Source: Peribolospora baueri (lineage: Eukaryota). Taken from it: DNA of 64,000 bases. A program made the position numbers and the translations under genes. The stretch lies in NCBI GenBank assembly GCA_029717555.1, contig JAMDHS010000018.1:186001-250000 (forward strand), written 5' to 3'. Positions 1-11,822 of this stretch are shown here, in pieces. Numbering within the stretch: the stretch's first letter is position 1; each line of letters begins with the position of its first letter. Below the pieces are notes generated by a model. It was not told where the DNA came from. It did not search any database and saw nothing but the letters and a program-made list of their open reading frames with translations.

Positions 1-1322
1 ACCTCTGCTCGAGCAGCGCGGACACCTTGCCGGTCGAGTCGATCTGTCCGCGGAAAGTTGACATGCGGAAGTCGTACTTGACGCCGGCCGTCGCGACGGC
101 CTCCCTCCTCGTACTGGCCGCCAACGCCTGGAGGTCGAGCCCGACCTCGACGCGCTCGTTAAGCTTCTGCCAGTACGTGGCTTGGAGCACGTTCGAGCCC
201 TGCACCTGGGCCGTGGCGATCCAGTCGCCCTTGTCGCCGGTGTACTTGGCCAGGTAGGACAGCGTGGCCTCCTCGATGTCCGGCGTGGGGCGCTGGTAGA
301 GCGTCTCGACGCCGAGGGCGATGTTGCGGGAGAGAGACTGGATAAAGTTGGCGATGTAGATGCCTGTGCCGTCCGCCGGGGACGGGTTGAGCGCCTTGAT
401 GTTCGCGCTGTGGTCTCGGCCTTGGTAGTCATGCTCCAGCTGCACCATGGACTGGCCTGGGGTGGCGGAGAGCTGTGGAGCGGCAAGGCAGGACGTGAGG
501 AAGGCGTCGGCGAAACAAAGGCGACGACGGTCGCCGTCGGGCTCACCTGCGCCTGCATCTTGGAGATATGACCCTGCGTCCAACCTTGGTTGAATCGGGC
601 GGTGAGGCTCCCTTCGTGGTCGATGCCGCCTTGCATGAACGTCTGAGGGAGGCAAGAGGAATGGGCGTTTGAAAGCGGGATCGCTCAGCGTCGATCGGTC
701 GTGGACGATGGAGGGTCGACGACAAGACTCATCATCGCCCTCGAGAGCCCCGTTGCGACGGCGACGACGCCGCTTCGCCTCCTGCGCGGCCGGACTCACG
801 TTCGCGCTGGCGAACACCGCTCCAAAGTTGTAGCTCGGTGGGGCGGACTGGGAGCCCAAGCTGAAGGAGTGGGTGACCTGGAAGGCAGGATTGAGGGAGA
901 GGCCCTTGGTAAGGTCGGCGCGGGCGCCGTCGAAGATGTAGTTGGACAGGTGGGTCGCTGGGAGAGAAGGGGTAAGGAGGAGGAAGAGAGCCGGCCAAGA
1001 GAGGTGAGCAAGAAGGAGGCTCGCCCGTCCGTCCACTCTTTCTTCCTTTCCTTTCCTTCCTTCTTTCCTTCCTTTTCACGCGGGACGGGAGCTCACCCTT
1101 GACCTCCCTCTGCAAGTTCTCGACAGTGCCGGGGCTAGGCAGGTCGAGCTTGTCACGGGTGCTGCGTATGGTGGAGGCAAGGTCGAAGAAGGGAGAGAAG
1201 TAAGGGTAGAGGAAGTGTGGTTTGTACGACTCGGGGAACGGTTCCGGAGAGGCGGGGTTGATGGCGGACCATGACGAGGAGCCGGGGCCGCCGGACGGGG
1301 AGGCGGAGGGGTCGGAAGCCAT
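1..1322 (-). CDS. TOM40: Mitochondrial import receptor subunit Tom40 (multi-exon; 3' end beyond window start)
   Basis: Spliced translation gives PSPGTVENLQREVK / YIFDGARADLTKGLSLNPAFQVTHSFSLGS / TFMQGGIDHEGSLTARFNQGW / QLEHDYQGRDHSANIKALNPSPADGTGIYIANFIQSL ... GVKYDFRMSTFRGQIDSTGKVSALLEQR, typical Tom40; GT-AG introns; ATG at 1322. Confidence 0.96.
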
Positions 1323-2595
1323 GATGGGCGGTGGAGGAGTGTGAGTAGAAAGGTCCAAGAGAGCGGCAAGGAAGAGTTGCAAGGATGGGGGAGACGAAAG
1401 AAGGACAAGAAGATCGGGGCAGTCGGAGGCGAGATCGAGGCAAGGCAAGTCAGGTCAGGTCAGCTCGGCAGGGCTGGGCACTGAGGATGTGCTGGCGTCG
1501 CTCGGGGCGTGGACGGGTGCGTGCGGTGGAGGATGTTTGAGGGACGAGAGGAGGAGACCTCGGCGGGATGTGATGTGATGGATGGACGATGTGGTCTGGT
1601 CGGTCGTCTCTCTCGTTTCGCCTTCGTACGCTTTTTTCTTGCAGGCGATCGAGAGGCGGGTGGAAGGAAAAGGTCGGTATAACGCGTAGCATAGTAGTAT
1701 ATACGTGTACACGCTATGTGCGTACGACTAGTAGTCCATCCCGCGACGGCGAGCAGCAGCCAGGCGAGAAAGAAGACGAGGCGGCGGGGCAGAGAGCGAG
1801 AGACAGAGAGAGAGCGAGCAAGCCGGGCCGACCGACTACGACGACGACGGCGACGACCACCACCACCACCATCACCACTACCACGACCGCCCTTCACATT
1901 CTCTTCTGCCGACGTTCGTCTACATACAGTAGTGCGTATACGCGTCCAAGCACTCCCTTCACCGCCTCGGGTCCGGATTCGCCGCCCGTCCCAGGAGTGC
2001 TACGGCACAGACGGCAACACCAACCAAGCCGTTCGGCGACGTTCGACGTTCTTCCGCCCCCTCTCCATCCCCCACCACCCCTACCTTACTCCTTCCACCT
2101 CTTCCGCCTTGCAAAGGCCCCTCGCCCCCCCGCTCCGCGCCTCTCGCCTCGACCAGAGGCCCATCCGCTAGACAGAACCCCGGTAACCACCGGTCTCTGG
2201 GCGGACCGCAGACCGGGACAACACGAGACGAGACGGGCGGAGACGAGCGCGCAGGAGCAGCGAGGAGGACGACGTACGTAGCACGGCCGCCAAACGCACG
2301 ACACCAGATAGCAAGGACTGACACGAGCCTGAGCTCGAACCTGGGCGGAGCGGCTCCCGCCGCCGCCGTGACCGTCGCTATCGCTGTCACCGCGGTCTTC
2401 ATCATCGGTCGCCTGGCGCATCCGTTCGAGTTCGAGCGACCGTCGTTTCTTGATGCCTTAGGCCAGCCCTTCTAAGACGCTCGACCATCTCCTAGGCACC
2501 CCATTCTCTTCTGCCAGCCACCTGTCGCTCCGGCCCCTTTTCTTCTCCCGTCGCCCCAGTGATCGACCAGCTCGCGCTCGTCTCGTCTACCAACG

Positions 2596-5500
2596 ATGGA
2601 GTCCATCTTCGGGCGTAAGAAGCGCACCCGCCAACACACCGACCCGGCTGAGAAGGCCGTCCCCTACGAGCGCATGCCTGCCGGCCCCAGGAGCCCCATC
2701 CCCGTCAGCACCATCTCCCATATGGGCTCGGGATCGGGATCGGCGGCGGGAGCCGGAGGCGGACATCCGTATATCAGCGGACCGAAGGAGAATCCCAAAT
2801 TGGGGAGGATGGGCCAAGATGCTGCTGAGGTGAGCCTTGGACCTCTGTTGGTTGTCGAGGGCGGCATGGGGGAGGTGGGAAAGGTGGGAGCAATGGGTCA
2901 GATGAATGCGCTGAATGCGACGGCGATCGTTGGGATGCAAGGTGGATGGCCGTCATGACCGCCTGTAGGATGAAGGTCGGTGAGGAGGATAGAGGGAAGA
3001 CAACCATTAAGATAGAGCGAGGCATGTCGGCGATGGAGCAAGGGCAGGCGAGCTCAGCGGATGTCGCGGGCGGTGGACGGCTTACATGGCGCTTCTCGTG
3101 CCTCTGCTTCGACCGCGAAGCGTCCAGCTCACACCGCTATCCTTTCTTCTTCCCGGTCTTCTTCCAGGGCGATGGCATGGACTACTTGTACTCTCCGCCT
3201 TCACCACGCCCTCCCCATTCGCACTCCGGCAACTACGCCGACTACGACTTGTCTCGACGACGGGAAACCGCCAGCAGTCGATCTGCCGACGTGCAGTCCA
3301 TCCGCTCCATCCGACCTACTGGCCCCTCCCCCGGCAGCCCCGGCGTCGTCCTACCCTCGCCTCGAATTTCAAATCCCCGTGGCGATAGCAGTAGTCCCGC
3401 AGGAGGGCACAGTCGAAACGCTAGCCGAGAACCCTCCGTGTCTGACTTTGGTCACTACCCTCCCCCGCCTTCGTCCGTCGCGTCCGGCTCGAGCTCTCGA
3501 CACACCGGAGGCCGATACGGTGACGCGCTCAGCGCCGTCACTCTCCATTCCGGCGGGGACGCTCGCCACGACTTCACAACTCCCCCTCCCACCTCTCTGC
3601 CATATGCGAGCCCGACAAGGGAGACCACAGCGCCCCGATCGTCCTCTCGATACACCACCGCCTCCTCCACCTCTTCCTCCTCCTCCCACCCGTACCTTCC
3701 CTCTCCCCTCCCAGACTCGGCCTCTACGCACAGCTCCTTCCACTCTTCCACTCATCAACCTCACCAACCCCCCTTCTCCCAGTACAGCGTGTCCTCTTCT
3801 CACCACGGCGGCGGCGGCAACAACACTCCTTCCACACCTGGCTTCCGCCTCTCCCGTCCGTCGGACGAAGAAGTGGAGCGCATGTTCGCCGAGCTCATGT
3901 CTAAGCGCGACTTCCTTAACATATCTGGCGGCCACCTCTCCGAGGAGGTCAAAAACGCCGCGAAGGGCAACATGCTCAATTTCCCCGTCGACAAGAAATG
4001 GACGCTGGTGTACAATGACAAGCTCACCGAGTGGCAGCAGGAGAAGGAGAAGAGCCGGCGGATTGCGATCCGCGACAGCATGGGCGCAGGTGCTCCGAGC
4101 GGACCGGTCATCATGCGCAACTCGCCTGAGTGGTACATCAAGAAGTTTATGGAGGCCACAGTCACCGCCAAGGACATCGAGAGCTTGGCCGTCACTCTTC
4201 GGACTTGTGCGCTCAGGTGAGTAAACGCTGCGATGCGTTTCATCGTCACATCGCCGTTCTCCCTCGAACGTCGAGTCTCCCTCGTGTGCGGACGCTCTGA
4301 TTCACCTGTCTCCTCCTTCATTTGCTTCTCTCTGGCCCGTCTATCCCTCAGCTGGATCCAAGACTGGGTGCGCATCCGCGGAACAGCGGTGCTCTCCCGA
4401 GCACTGCACGACATCCACGGCAAGCGGAACAAGTCGGACGCTGACGTCGCGCTCGAGTATGAGATCCTCAAGGCGTTCAGGGCTTTGTTCAATAGCAAGG
4501 TGCGCACTCATTGTCGGCTCGAAGCGTGATTTTCCGTCTCCCTCATCCTTTCGCATATATTCTTCTCCGCTTCTCCTTCCAGCCCGGAGCGAACGACGCC
4601 ATCGCCCATCCAGACTGTATCTTCTCTATCACTGCCTCGATCATCTCTCCACACCTGGCGACGCGCAAGCAGGCAGCCGACATCCTCTTGTTCATGTGCC
4701 ACTGGGATAAACCCGTCGGCCACGGTTTCGTCCTCAAAGGCTTTGATGAGCTCAAGACGTCCCAGAACGACCATGGCCGCTTCGATGCCTGGTTTAGGGT
4801 GTTGGAACAAACCATCGATGGGAGGGGCAAGATGGGCAGCATGGTCGGCGCGAGCGACGAGGTCAGGAAGACGGCAAATCTGACGGCCCATGAGAGCTCG
4901 CTGAACGAATATGCCGTAAGTTTTTGCCGCTCACGAGCGTTGTGTCCTTGTCGAGCCTGGCTTCATTGGTACTGACAAGACGACGACGACAACGACGCCA
5001 CCCCGACCGCTCGCGCGCAGGTGAACAACATGTACCTCATCAACGCTATCCTCTCGACCGACATCGTGCCGGACTGCGAGATGCGGGTCCACCTGCGCAA
5101 CCAGATGGACGCCTGCGGCCTCCGTCGTATCCTCATCAAGCTTAAGGCGTTCCGCAACGTCGACCTCGATAAGCAGATCAACTTGTTCGACATGGCCTCG
5201 GAGACGGACCACGAAGAGGTCGTCGAGAGCTTCAACAGGGACGTGCTCAAGGACATGTCCGACCCCGTGGACGTCTTCAAGAGCCTCATCGAGAAGACCC
5301 AGGGTAGTCGGGCGTACGACTTCTTCCTCTCCGCCCTTCAACATCTCTTGCTCATCCGAAATGATGGGGACGACCTTGTTCGTCACTACCAGCTCATCGA
5401 CTCACTCGTCACCTCCGTCGTCCTCGATCGCAAGGGGGCCCTCGATGGCTCCGATTTCTCCAGTCTCCTTGGCGTGAGCGTGAACAACGTTATCTCGCGC

Positions 5501-8500
5501 TTCGCCGACCAGGACAAGCTGCAAGGGACGGAGGAGGAACTGAAAGAGACCAAGAAGGAGATGACCAAGCTGGAGCAGGAGCGGGCGCGTCTGGAGGCGC
5601 AGGTGAGCAAGAAGGACGGAGGTCTGGTCGGCGAGTTGCAGAACAAGCTGTCCGAGTTGGAGGAAAGCCTTCACACGTCGAGGGAGGCGACGGCAAGCCT
5701 GCAGCGGGACATGCAGGAGATGGAAAAGGCCTACCAGGAGCGCGTCGCACAGCTCGAGGTCGAGTCGAGGGAGTTGTACACCATGCTCCGTGAGACGCAG
5801 GGGTTGAACAGCCTCGAGGGAAAGCCAGGCGGCTTGGACCGACGCGATCTCGTAGAAAACCTCGAGAAGCAGCTTCAGCGCAATCGCACCATTCGCAAGC
5901 TCGAGGGGGGCCACAAGCGACGACCGTCGACGCTACGCTCCGCCAATGGAGACGTCCCCCCCGTCCCCGGCGTCCCGCCACCGCTGTCGCCCAAGTCGAC
6001 GGCTCGCAACGTTAGTGGCGACAGCTTGGAGCGGAAGAACAGCGCGGGCACGTTGCGCAAGGCGCTCGAGTCCGGCACCAAGATGTCTATCCCTTCCACG
6101 CTCGGCGACGAGGCGTCATCGCAGGCGGAAGGTGAAGATGAGAATAGAGAGGAGCAAGAGGAGGATGAGGCGGTGCGAATGACGATTCAACAGTCACTCA
6201 ATGGAGACGCCGACCTTCGAGCCCGCATGCACAGCATTCGAGCTGCGAGGAAGGGCCAAAGCATGCTTGGGAATGATGCGCGGTCGTCGAGGCCTCCCAA
6301 CATTGTTATTCCTGGCGGCGTCACAAGTCCGAGTGCCGATGGCGTTCCCCCGCCCCCGCCCCCGCCGCCACCTCTTCCGCGAGCTGGCTTGGTGCGCGAG
6401 GACGACGAGGAGAGCGTGGGTAGCACGCAGAATCGCGAGAGCGGCTGGACGAACGCAAGCAGCAGCGCTGATACCCGTCCCACCTCCGCCGGGTCGCTTC
6501 GGACCTCTGACCAGCCAAAACCTCCCCTCCCCACCGTGCCAGAGATGGCCCCACCCCCGCCGCCACCGCCACCGCCACCGCCACCGCCACCGCCACCGCC
6601 ACCACCACCACCTCCGCCGCCGCCTCTCCCGTTGCCCTTTGTCGCCGCCTCGGCGCCGCGTTCCGCAGAGCGTTTCGCAGACGCTCAGGCCATGCCGCCG
6701 CCGCCACCGCCACCACCTCCTCCTCCTCCTCTTCCTGGCTGCGTCGCCACCGTGGCCCCCATTCCAGTGCCGAGCGCGGCTCCTGCCGCTGGGGACCGCG
6801 ACTCGATGTTCAACATGCGCGATTCTTTCGAGCTCAGCGCTCCGGGACTCACCCCGCCAGGTCCTCCTCACCCACCAGTCGCGCCGGTCGCACCACCTCC
6901 CGCGTCTTACCTCAACGGCCTCGGCGGCCTGTGGACGCGCAAGGAGGTGCTCGAGCTGGCGAGCACCAAGACGAAGCAGCTCCAGTGGGACAAGATCGCC
7001 CAGGCGCAGCTGGCCGACACGATCTGGGGCGACAGCAAGGGTAGCATGTCGACCGAGGAGGAGAAGAAGCTCGTCGGCTTGATCAAGCAGAATGGCTTGT
7101 TCCAGGAGATGGAAGAGGATTTCAAAGCCAAGCAGGCTGCGAGGAGGAACACTGGTGAGTATTTGGCATTTGGGGAGATGGATCGAGGGACAAGGTTGCC
7201 CCGCGCTCTGGGACGTGGACGCGAAGGCATCGCTGCTGACCAGGTTTGCTTTGTTGTCCGTTTCCCCTCGCTCGTTCGCGTCACACGTGAGCAGTCAAAA
7301 AGGACAAGGTCGAGCTTCTCAGTTATCTGGACACCAAGACGAAGCAGCGCATCGGTAAGCACGACGTAGGCCACTACTGTTTCCTCTCTCATCCTTCGTT
7401 CTCCTTAAGGAGCCGAATGGTTCTTTGTGTCTGATGCTGGCCTGCATTCGTTCGCCTCCACCCGTCGTCCACCATGCAGAAATTGTGCTCAAGCGGATCA
7501 AGGGCGCGACGCCAGAGGATATTGCGATGTCCATCGTCAACTGCGATGAGAAGGTGCTCGAGCAGACCTTCTTGACCGAGCTCATGCACGTCTTGCCGGA
7601 CTGGGATGCGGTGAGCGCCTTCGTCCGTCTTGTCGGCCCTTCCTTTCAGACTTAGTCCCGCTCACTTGGAACGTGTCATGACTTTCAGAAAGGAAAATTG
7701 GGAGAGTACCGCAACGCGACTGCGGAAGCTCTTCTCGCTCTGCACCCGGCCGACCGGCTGGTAGTCCTGCTCATGAAGGTGCCGCGACTGAAGGCCAAGG
7801 TCGAAGGGCTGCTGTACCGAGTAAAGTTCGAGGAGACGTACCGGATGGTGCACGAAGGCTCGATCCAAGTCCGCGAGGCGTGCGAGGCGCTCAAGAAGGC
7901 CAAGAACTTCCACCGCCTGTTGCAGATCATCCTCATGATGGGCAACTTCCTCAATGCGACTGGCGTTCAAGGCGGCGCGTTCGGGTTCCGAGTGTCGAGC
8001 ATCAACAAGCTCGTGGACACCAAGAGCGGCAACAATTCAACGCTGCTCAACTTCCTCGAGAAAACGATCACGCGGTGCTTCCCCGAGACGGAGGCGTTCC
8101 TGGACGAGCTGGCCAGGCCGGCGGAAGCGAATCGAGGTGAGGGCGATGGAGAAGGGAAAAGTCTCCATCGATGGCAACGGATCTTGGTGGATCACCATAA
8201 TGACCACGGCGAACGTCGACTGTCGACCTCTCTTTCCTTCCTCCAGTCATCCTCGCGGACCTGCGCAAAGATTTGGCCGAGCTCAAATCGGGTATCTTCC
8301 AGCACCGAAAGGAAGGCGAGAAGATCATCGACGAGGCGCCGACGGACCCGTACGTGGAGCTCATGTTCCCCTTCTTCGAGCTAGCCAAGGAGCGCGTGCA
8401 GAGGCTCAACGACGAGGTGATCACCGCCGAGGCGGCGTACGTCGAGGTGCTCACCTTCTTCGGCGAGAGGGGAGGCACGGGAGCGGTACCGAGGTTCGCA

Positions 8501-9277
8501 AGCGTGGGGAGCGGACAGATGCCTACGGAGGAGTTCTTTGGTATATTCAGAGAGTTCACCACCGCTTATCGCAAGGCCAAGGCGAGCAATGTGAAGTGGG
8601 AGGAGGAGAGGCAGCGAGATGAACGGAGAAGGATGGTGCGTGCCGTCTTCGCCATTGTCTCAGTGATATCCTTCTCACGTCTCGGCCCGGTGATGTTTAA
8701 CATTCTATTTGGTTTTCTTTCGTAAACTACCCAGCTCGCGGAGGAACGCGCTCGTGAACGAGCGGAAGCGCAGGCGCGGAAGGAGTCCGGCGTAAACGAT
8801 GAGAGCGTGATGGAGGACCTCTTGGCCAAGTTGCGTGCTACCGGCGGGGAAGGCGGTCGGCGAAATCGACGGGCGAGGCGCCAGCAGCAACAACAGCAGG
8901 CCGCTGCCTCCGCGAGGGGCTCGGTGTCGGCTGCGACGACTAGCAGCGGTGGTGGCACTGGTACGGGCCTCAGCTCGCTCGGCGGGCTTGGCAGCATTGG
9001 GAGTGGCGCCGGTGAAGGATCTGGGTCGGTGGCGGGATCGGAGGGGGAGGCAGGAAGTGGAGGCGACCGCCGAGCGGGTAGTCCGTTGGGCTCGACTAGC
9101 CTGTTAATTGGCGAGGGTGGGGACGCGGCGAGCCTTGCGAAGGACATGCTGATGAGGATGAGAGGTCTCGACGCCGTGCCGGAGGTGAAGGAGAGGAAAG
9201 GCAGGGCGGATAGAGGCGGCGAGGCTGACGAGCACGGGGGCGTGAACGTGGGGGCTGCATCTCCAGAACCGGCATAG
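2596..9277 (+). CDS. Diaphanous-related formin (SepA/Bni1-like): GBD/FH3, coiled coil, FH1 polyproline, FH2, DAD
   Basis: GBD/FH3 (KKWTLVYND, SPEWYIKKF, IDGRGKMGSMVGAS, RVHLRNQMDACGL), polyproline tracts ~6345-6735, FH2 (KTKQLQWDKI, ILMMGNFLNATGVQGGAFGFRVSSINKLVDTKS, TLLNFLE), DAD-like MEDLLAKLR; multiple GT-AG introns; ends TAG at 9277. Confidence 0.95.
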
Positions 9278-9819
9278 TAGGCACGGCGCGAAAGCACTGC
9301 CGCCGCCGTCGCCGCCATCGCTGTCTTGTTCGCCTTCGTTCTTCCGATTTTGCCTAGTGCGGCCGTTTTTTCGCCTTCCTTCGTCTCTTGTCTCCATACT
9401 GTATCGGGGCAGCCAGATCGCCTGTTCTCTGCCCTTTCTTTCTTTCTTTTTTCTGTCTTTCTTTCTTCGGCAGTATCTTTGCACCACCCACTTGCATTCC
9501 TTCCCGTCATTTCTTCCTTTCCTTTCCCTTCCCCCTCCCTTGTCGCCTCGCTTCCTTCGGTTCAACCCACCTGCCTGCCCACTTATTCGTACGTGGCTAT
9601 ACCCTTCGTGCACGTGAGTCTCGACGAGGCTTGTGTCGTTCATATGTGTATGCGAACATACGACTCGATTGCCGCTTTCCAACCAATCCCTCTTCTTGCC
9701 CACCCGTGCGTATGCCCACTGCCTTGCCTCACTGCTGCTCTCCATGTGCGGGGAATTGGACGCCGGTCGGAGGCCGGATGGATGGATGGATGGATTAATC
9801 CGCTTAACAAGTCCGTATA

Positions 9820-10429
9820 CAGTCAAACTTGTCCGTTAGCATACGCATCCATAGGTATGCCTTCGCAAAGTACACAGCGATCTCCCTTTCCCGCTTGTTC
9901 CCAGCCAAAAATTAACTAATCCCAGCCAAAACACTGGTCTATATGCATACTAACATACCGCATATTGCATAGCACTGACACCGGTGCCGTCCTTACCAGG
10001 TCTGCCCCCTCGGCGTGCATAGTTAGGGTTGAGGGTCACGTGCATCCTCGCGGTGTTGGAGATTGGCGGCGACGAGCACCGTGGTTACGCGGCTGAAAGC
10101 GGACATGACTATGTAGGCAACTGTGCTGTTACTGCGGTTTTCCTCTTGTATGCTCTCTTAATACCAACGAACCAGTAACATACACTTTCGTCCATCCACC
10201 GCCAGTTCTAACATTACTACAGTGGGTGCTTGTCCACGTTTCACCATCTCCGTCGTCCGCGTCTCACCCACTGCCGCCGTCTTTGCTCTCGCACTCAAAA
10301 GAATGCCGCCTATTCGCAGCGTAAACAAACCGATCTTCCACAATTCCTTTCTGCACACGCTTCTTCTTGAACATGGTTGTGTTATGACGAGGGCGAGACA
10401 ACGTATATGCTTATAGACAGGGTTGACTG
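9820..10429. mobile_element. Non-autonomous Tc1/mariner-pogo-type element (MITE, 610 bp) with imperfect TIRs and TA target duplication
   Basis: Left TA|CAGTCAAACTTGTCCGTTAGCATA; right end reverse-complemented TA|CAGTCAACCCTGTCTATAAGCATA (19/24 match); TA at 9818-9819 and 10430-10431; lower GC than flanks; no transposase ORF. Confidence 0.72.
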
Positions 10430-10472
10430 TATGCAGTATGCGAGAAATCGACTATAAAGAGGGGTCTATGCA

Positions 10473-10535
10473 TAGTTGCTGCAGTCCTTGCCACAGTTGC
10501 CGCAGTCCTTGCCACAGTTGCCTCAGTCCTTGCCA
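10473..10535. repeat. 21-bp tandem repeat x3 (consensus CAGTTGCCGCAGTCCTTGCCA)
   Basis: tagttgctgcagtccttgcca / cagttgccgcagtccttgcca / cagttgcctcagtccttgcca read directly. Confidence 0.95.
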
Positions 10536-11400
10536 CTGTCGATAGCGGCGTGCCTAGTACTATTGGTATAACGGCCGCCGTGTGACGTGTGATCGCGGAA
10601 CACGGCCTATTGCGAGGTCACAAGGGCCTGTTATCGCAAATGGGACAGGACCGGCTCACGCCTTATCCCCCGGTCTCGCAAGTTCTAGGTACAATCTCCC
10701 AGTCTAGCAAGGGTCGCGAATAGACGCGCCCAAGAAACTGAGATCGTGCTCCTAGAGGAGGACTACAATGGACGGCAGGCCTCATATGTGTGGGCCACAT
10801 GAACATTGCGGATCCTCGAGTGTTTGGAAGCTATTGCTTTTGGTTTGGCCATCGGCAATTACATCCACAACATCTGACATCCCCTGGCAAAACGCTACAC
10901 AAACGAGCGATGCAGGCAGAAGGATAGTCAAGCGACTAGGGAATTTTCAGGCTTTGACGCCTTCACAAGTCCCTCAGTCAAATGCTTAGCCGGGCAGATT
11001 GTAACGCCGAGCACACACCTGTTTAATACACAGGGAGCTACAAGACGCTATCCTCGACCCGCTAGTTATTGGGTTTTCAGCAATGCTTACTAGGGCACTG
11101 CTAACTCGGAAGAGTCGCTTGCGCGCTCTTCAAACTCACTTTCGCTAGCCTTTTCAACCTGCTATCGGATGGGAAGGGTCGAGGTGAGCCAAGCACTGTG
11201 CTGGCCTCCTCGCCCCTTCTTAAGGGTGGAAAAGGGGTGAAACGCGCGTTTTACGCGTTTTAGATCGTTGTTGAGACGTGTCCGGATGGCGGGTTGTGAC
11301 CACGTTGGCGTGCACGCCTCATCGGCAACCCGCCATTCTTTGCGGTGACATTTGGGCGACGCCAAAGGACCCCCTCCGGTGTCTTCTCTCTCTCGTCTGT

Positions 11401-11598
11401 TCTCTCTTTTGCATCACAGCCCTTTCGCGTCCCCTTTTTTGTCGATTTTTCGTTCCAGTGCCGTGGATTTTTTATTTCTCGTCCCTTTTCGCGTTCTTTT
11501 CTCTCTTTTGCACCAGTACTCATTTCCCACACCTTTTCTTCCGATTTTTCGTTCCGCGCTGGATATTTCCATTTCTAATCCCCTTTTTCGCTTTCTTA
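11401..11598. repeat. Degenerate ~99-bp T-rich tandem duplication (2 copies)
   Basis: tctctcttttgca at 11401 and 11500; cgatttttcgttcc at 11443 and 11542; ggat..tt..atttct and ccctttt(t)cgc recur at about the same spacing. Confidence 0.8.
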
Positions 11599-11822
11599 TC
11601 AGTACCTTCCAAGATGTTCAACCACTGATTAAAATATTGCAATAACCGTTCTCCCGTTAAAGAATTACATTTGTGATTTGAAGAATTTCAAATTCTAGTC
11701 CTATACACGCGTCCCCAATCCACCGTTCTACTCCACCCTGTCCTTCCTCTTCTTTGTCCAGCGTCCAGACCACACAGCACCGGACGCGCCCGCCCGTGTC
11801 ATACGTGCCGTATCATATCGTA

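Noticed and set aside
1589..2595. ORFs between TOM40 and formin
   Set aside because: Low-complexity; a gtacgt..cag intron (~2273-2570) does not join them in frame to the formin ATG, so more likely 5' leader.
9326..9919. 197-aa hydrophobic ORF in frame after the formin stop (read-through extension?)
   Set aside because: Separated by a double TAG TAG, pyrimidine-rich UTR-like composition, and runs into the MITE.
10021..10036. Telomerase-template-like AACCCTAAC on the minus strand (gttagggttgaggg)
   Set aside because: Only a 9-nt match, inside the MITE, with no pseudoknot or CR4/5 element recognised.
10473..10535. CRISPR-like array or repeated pheromone precursor
   Set aside because: Repeats are contiguous with no spacers, the host is eukaryotic, and no small ORF ending in a CAAX box spans them.
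11675..11700. Helitron 3' end (gaattt-c-aaattc then CTAG|T)
   Set aside because: Hairpin is AT-rich and abuts CTAG, unlike the GC-rich spaced hairpin of Helitrons; no 5' end or Rep/helicase trace.
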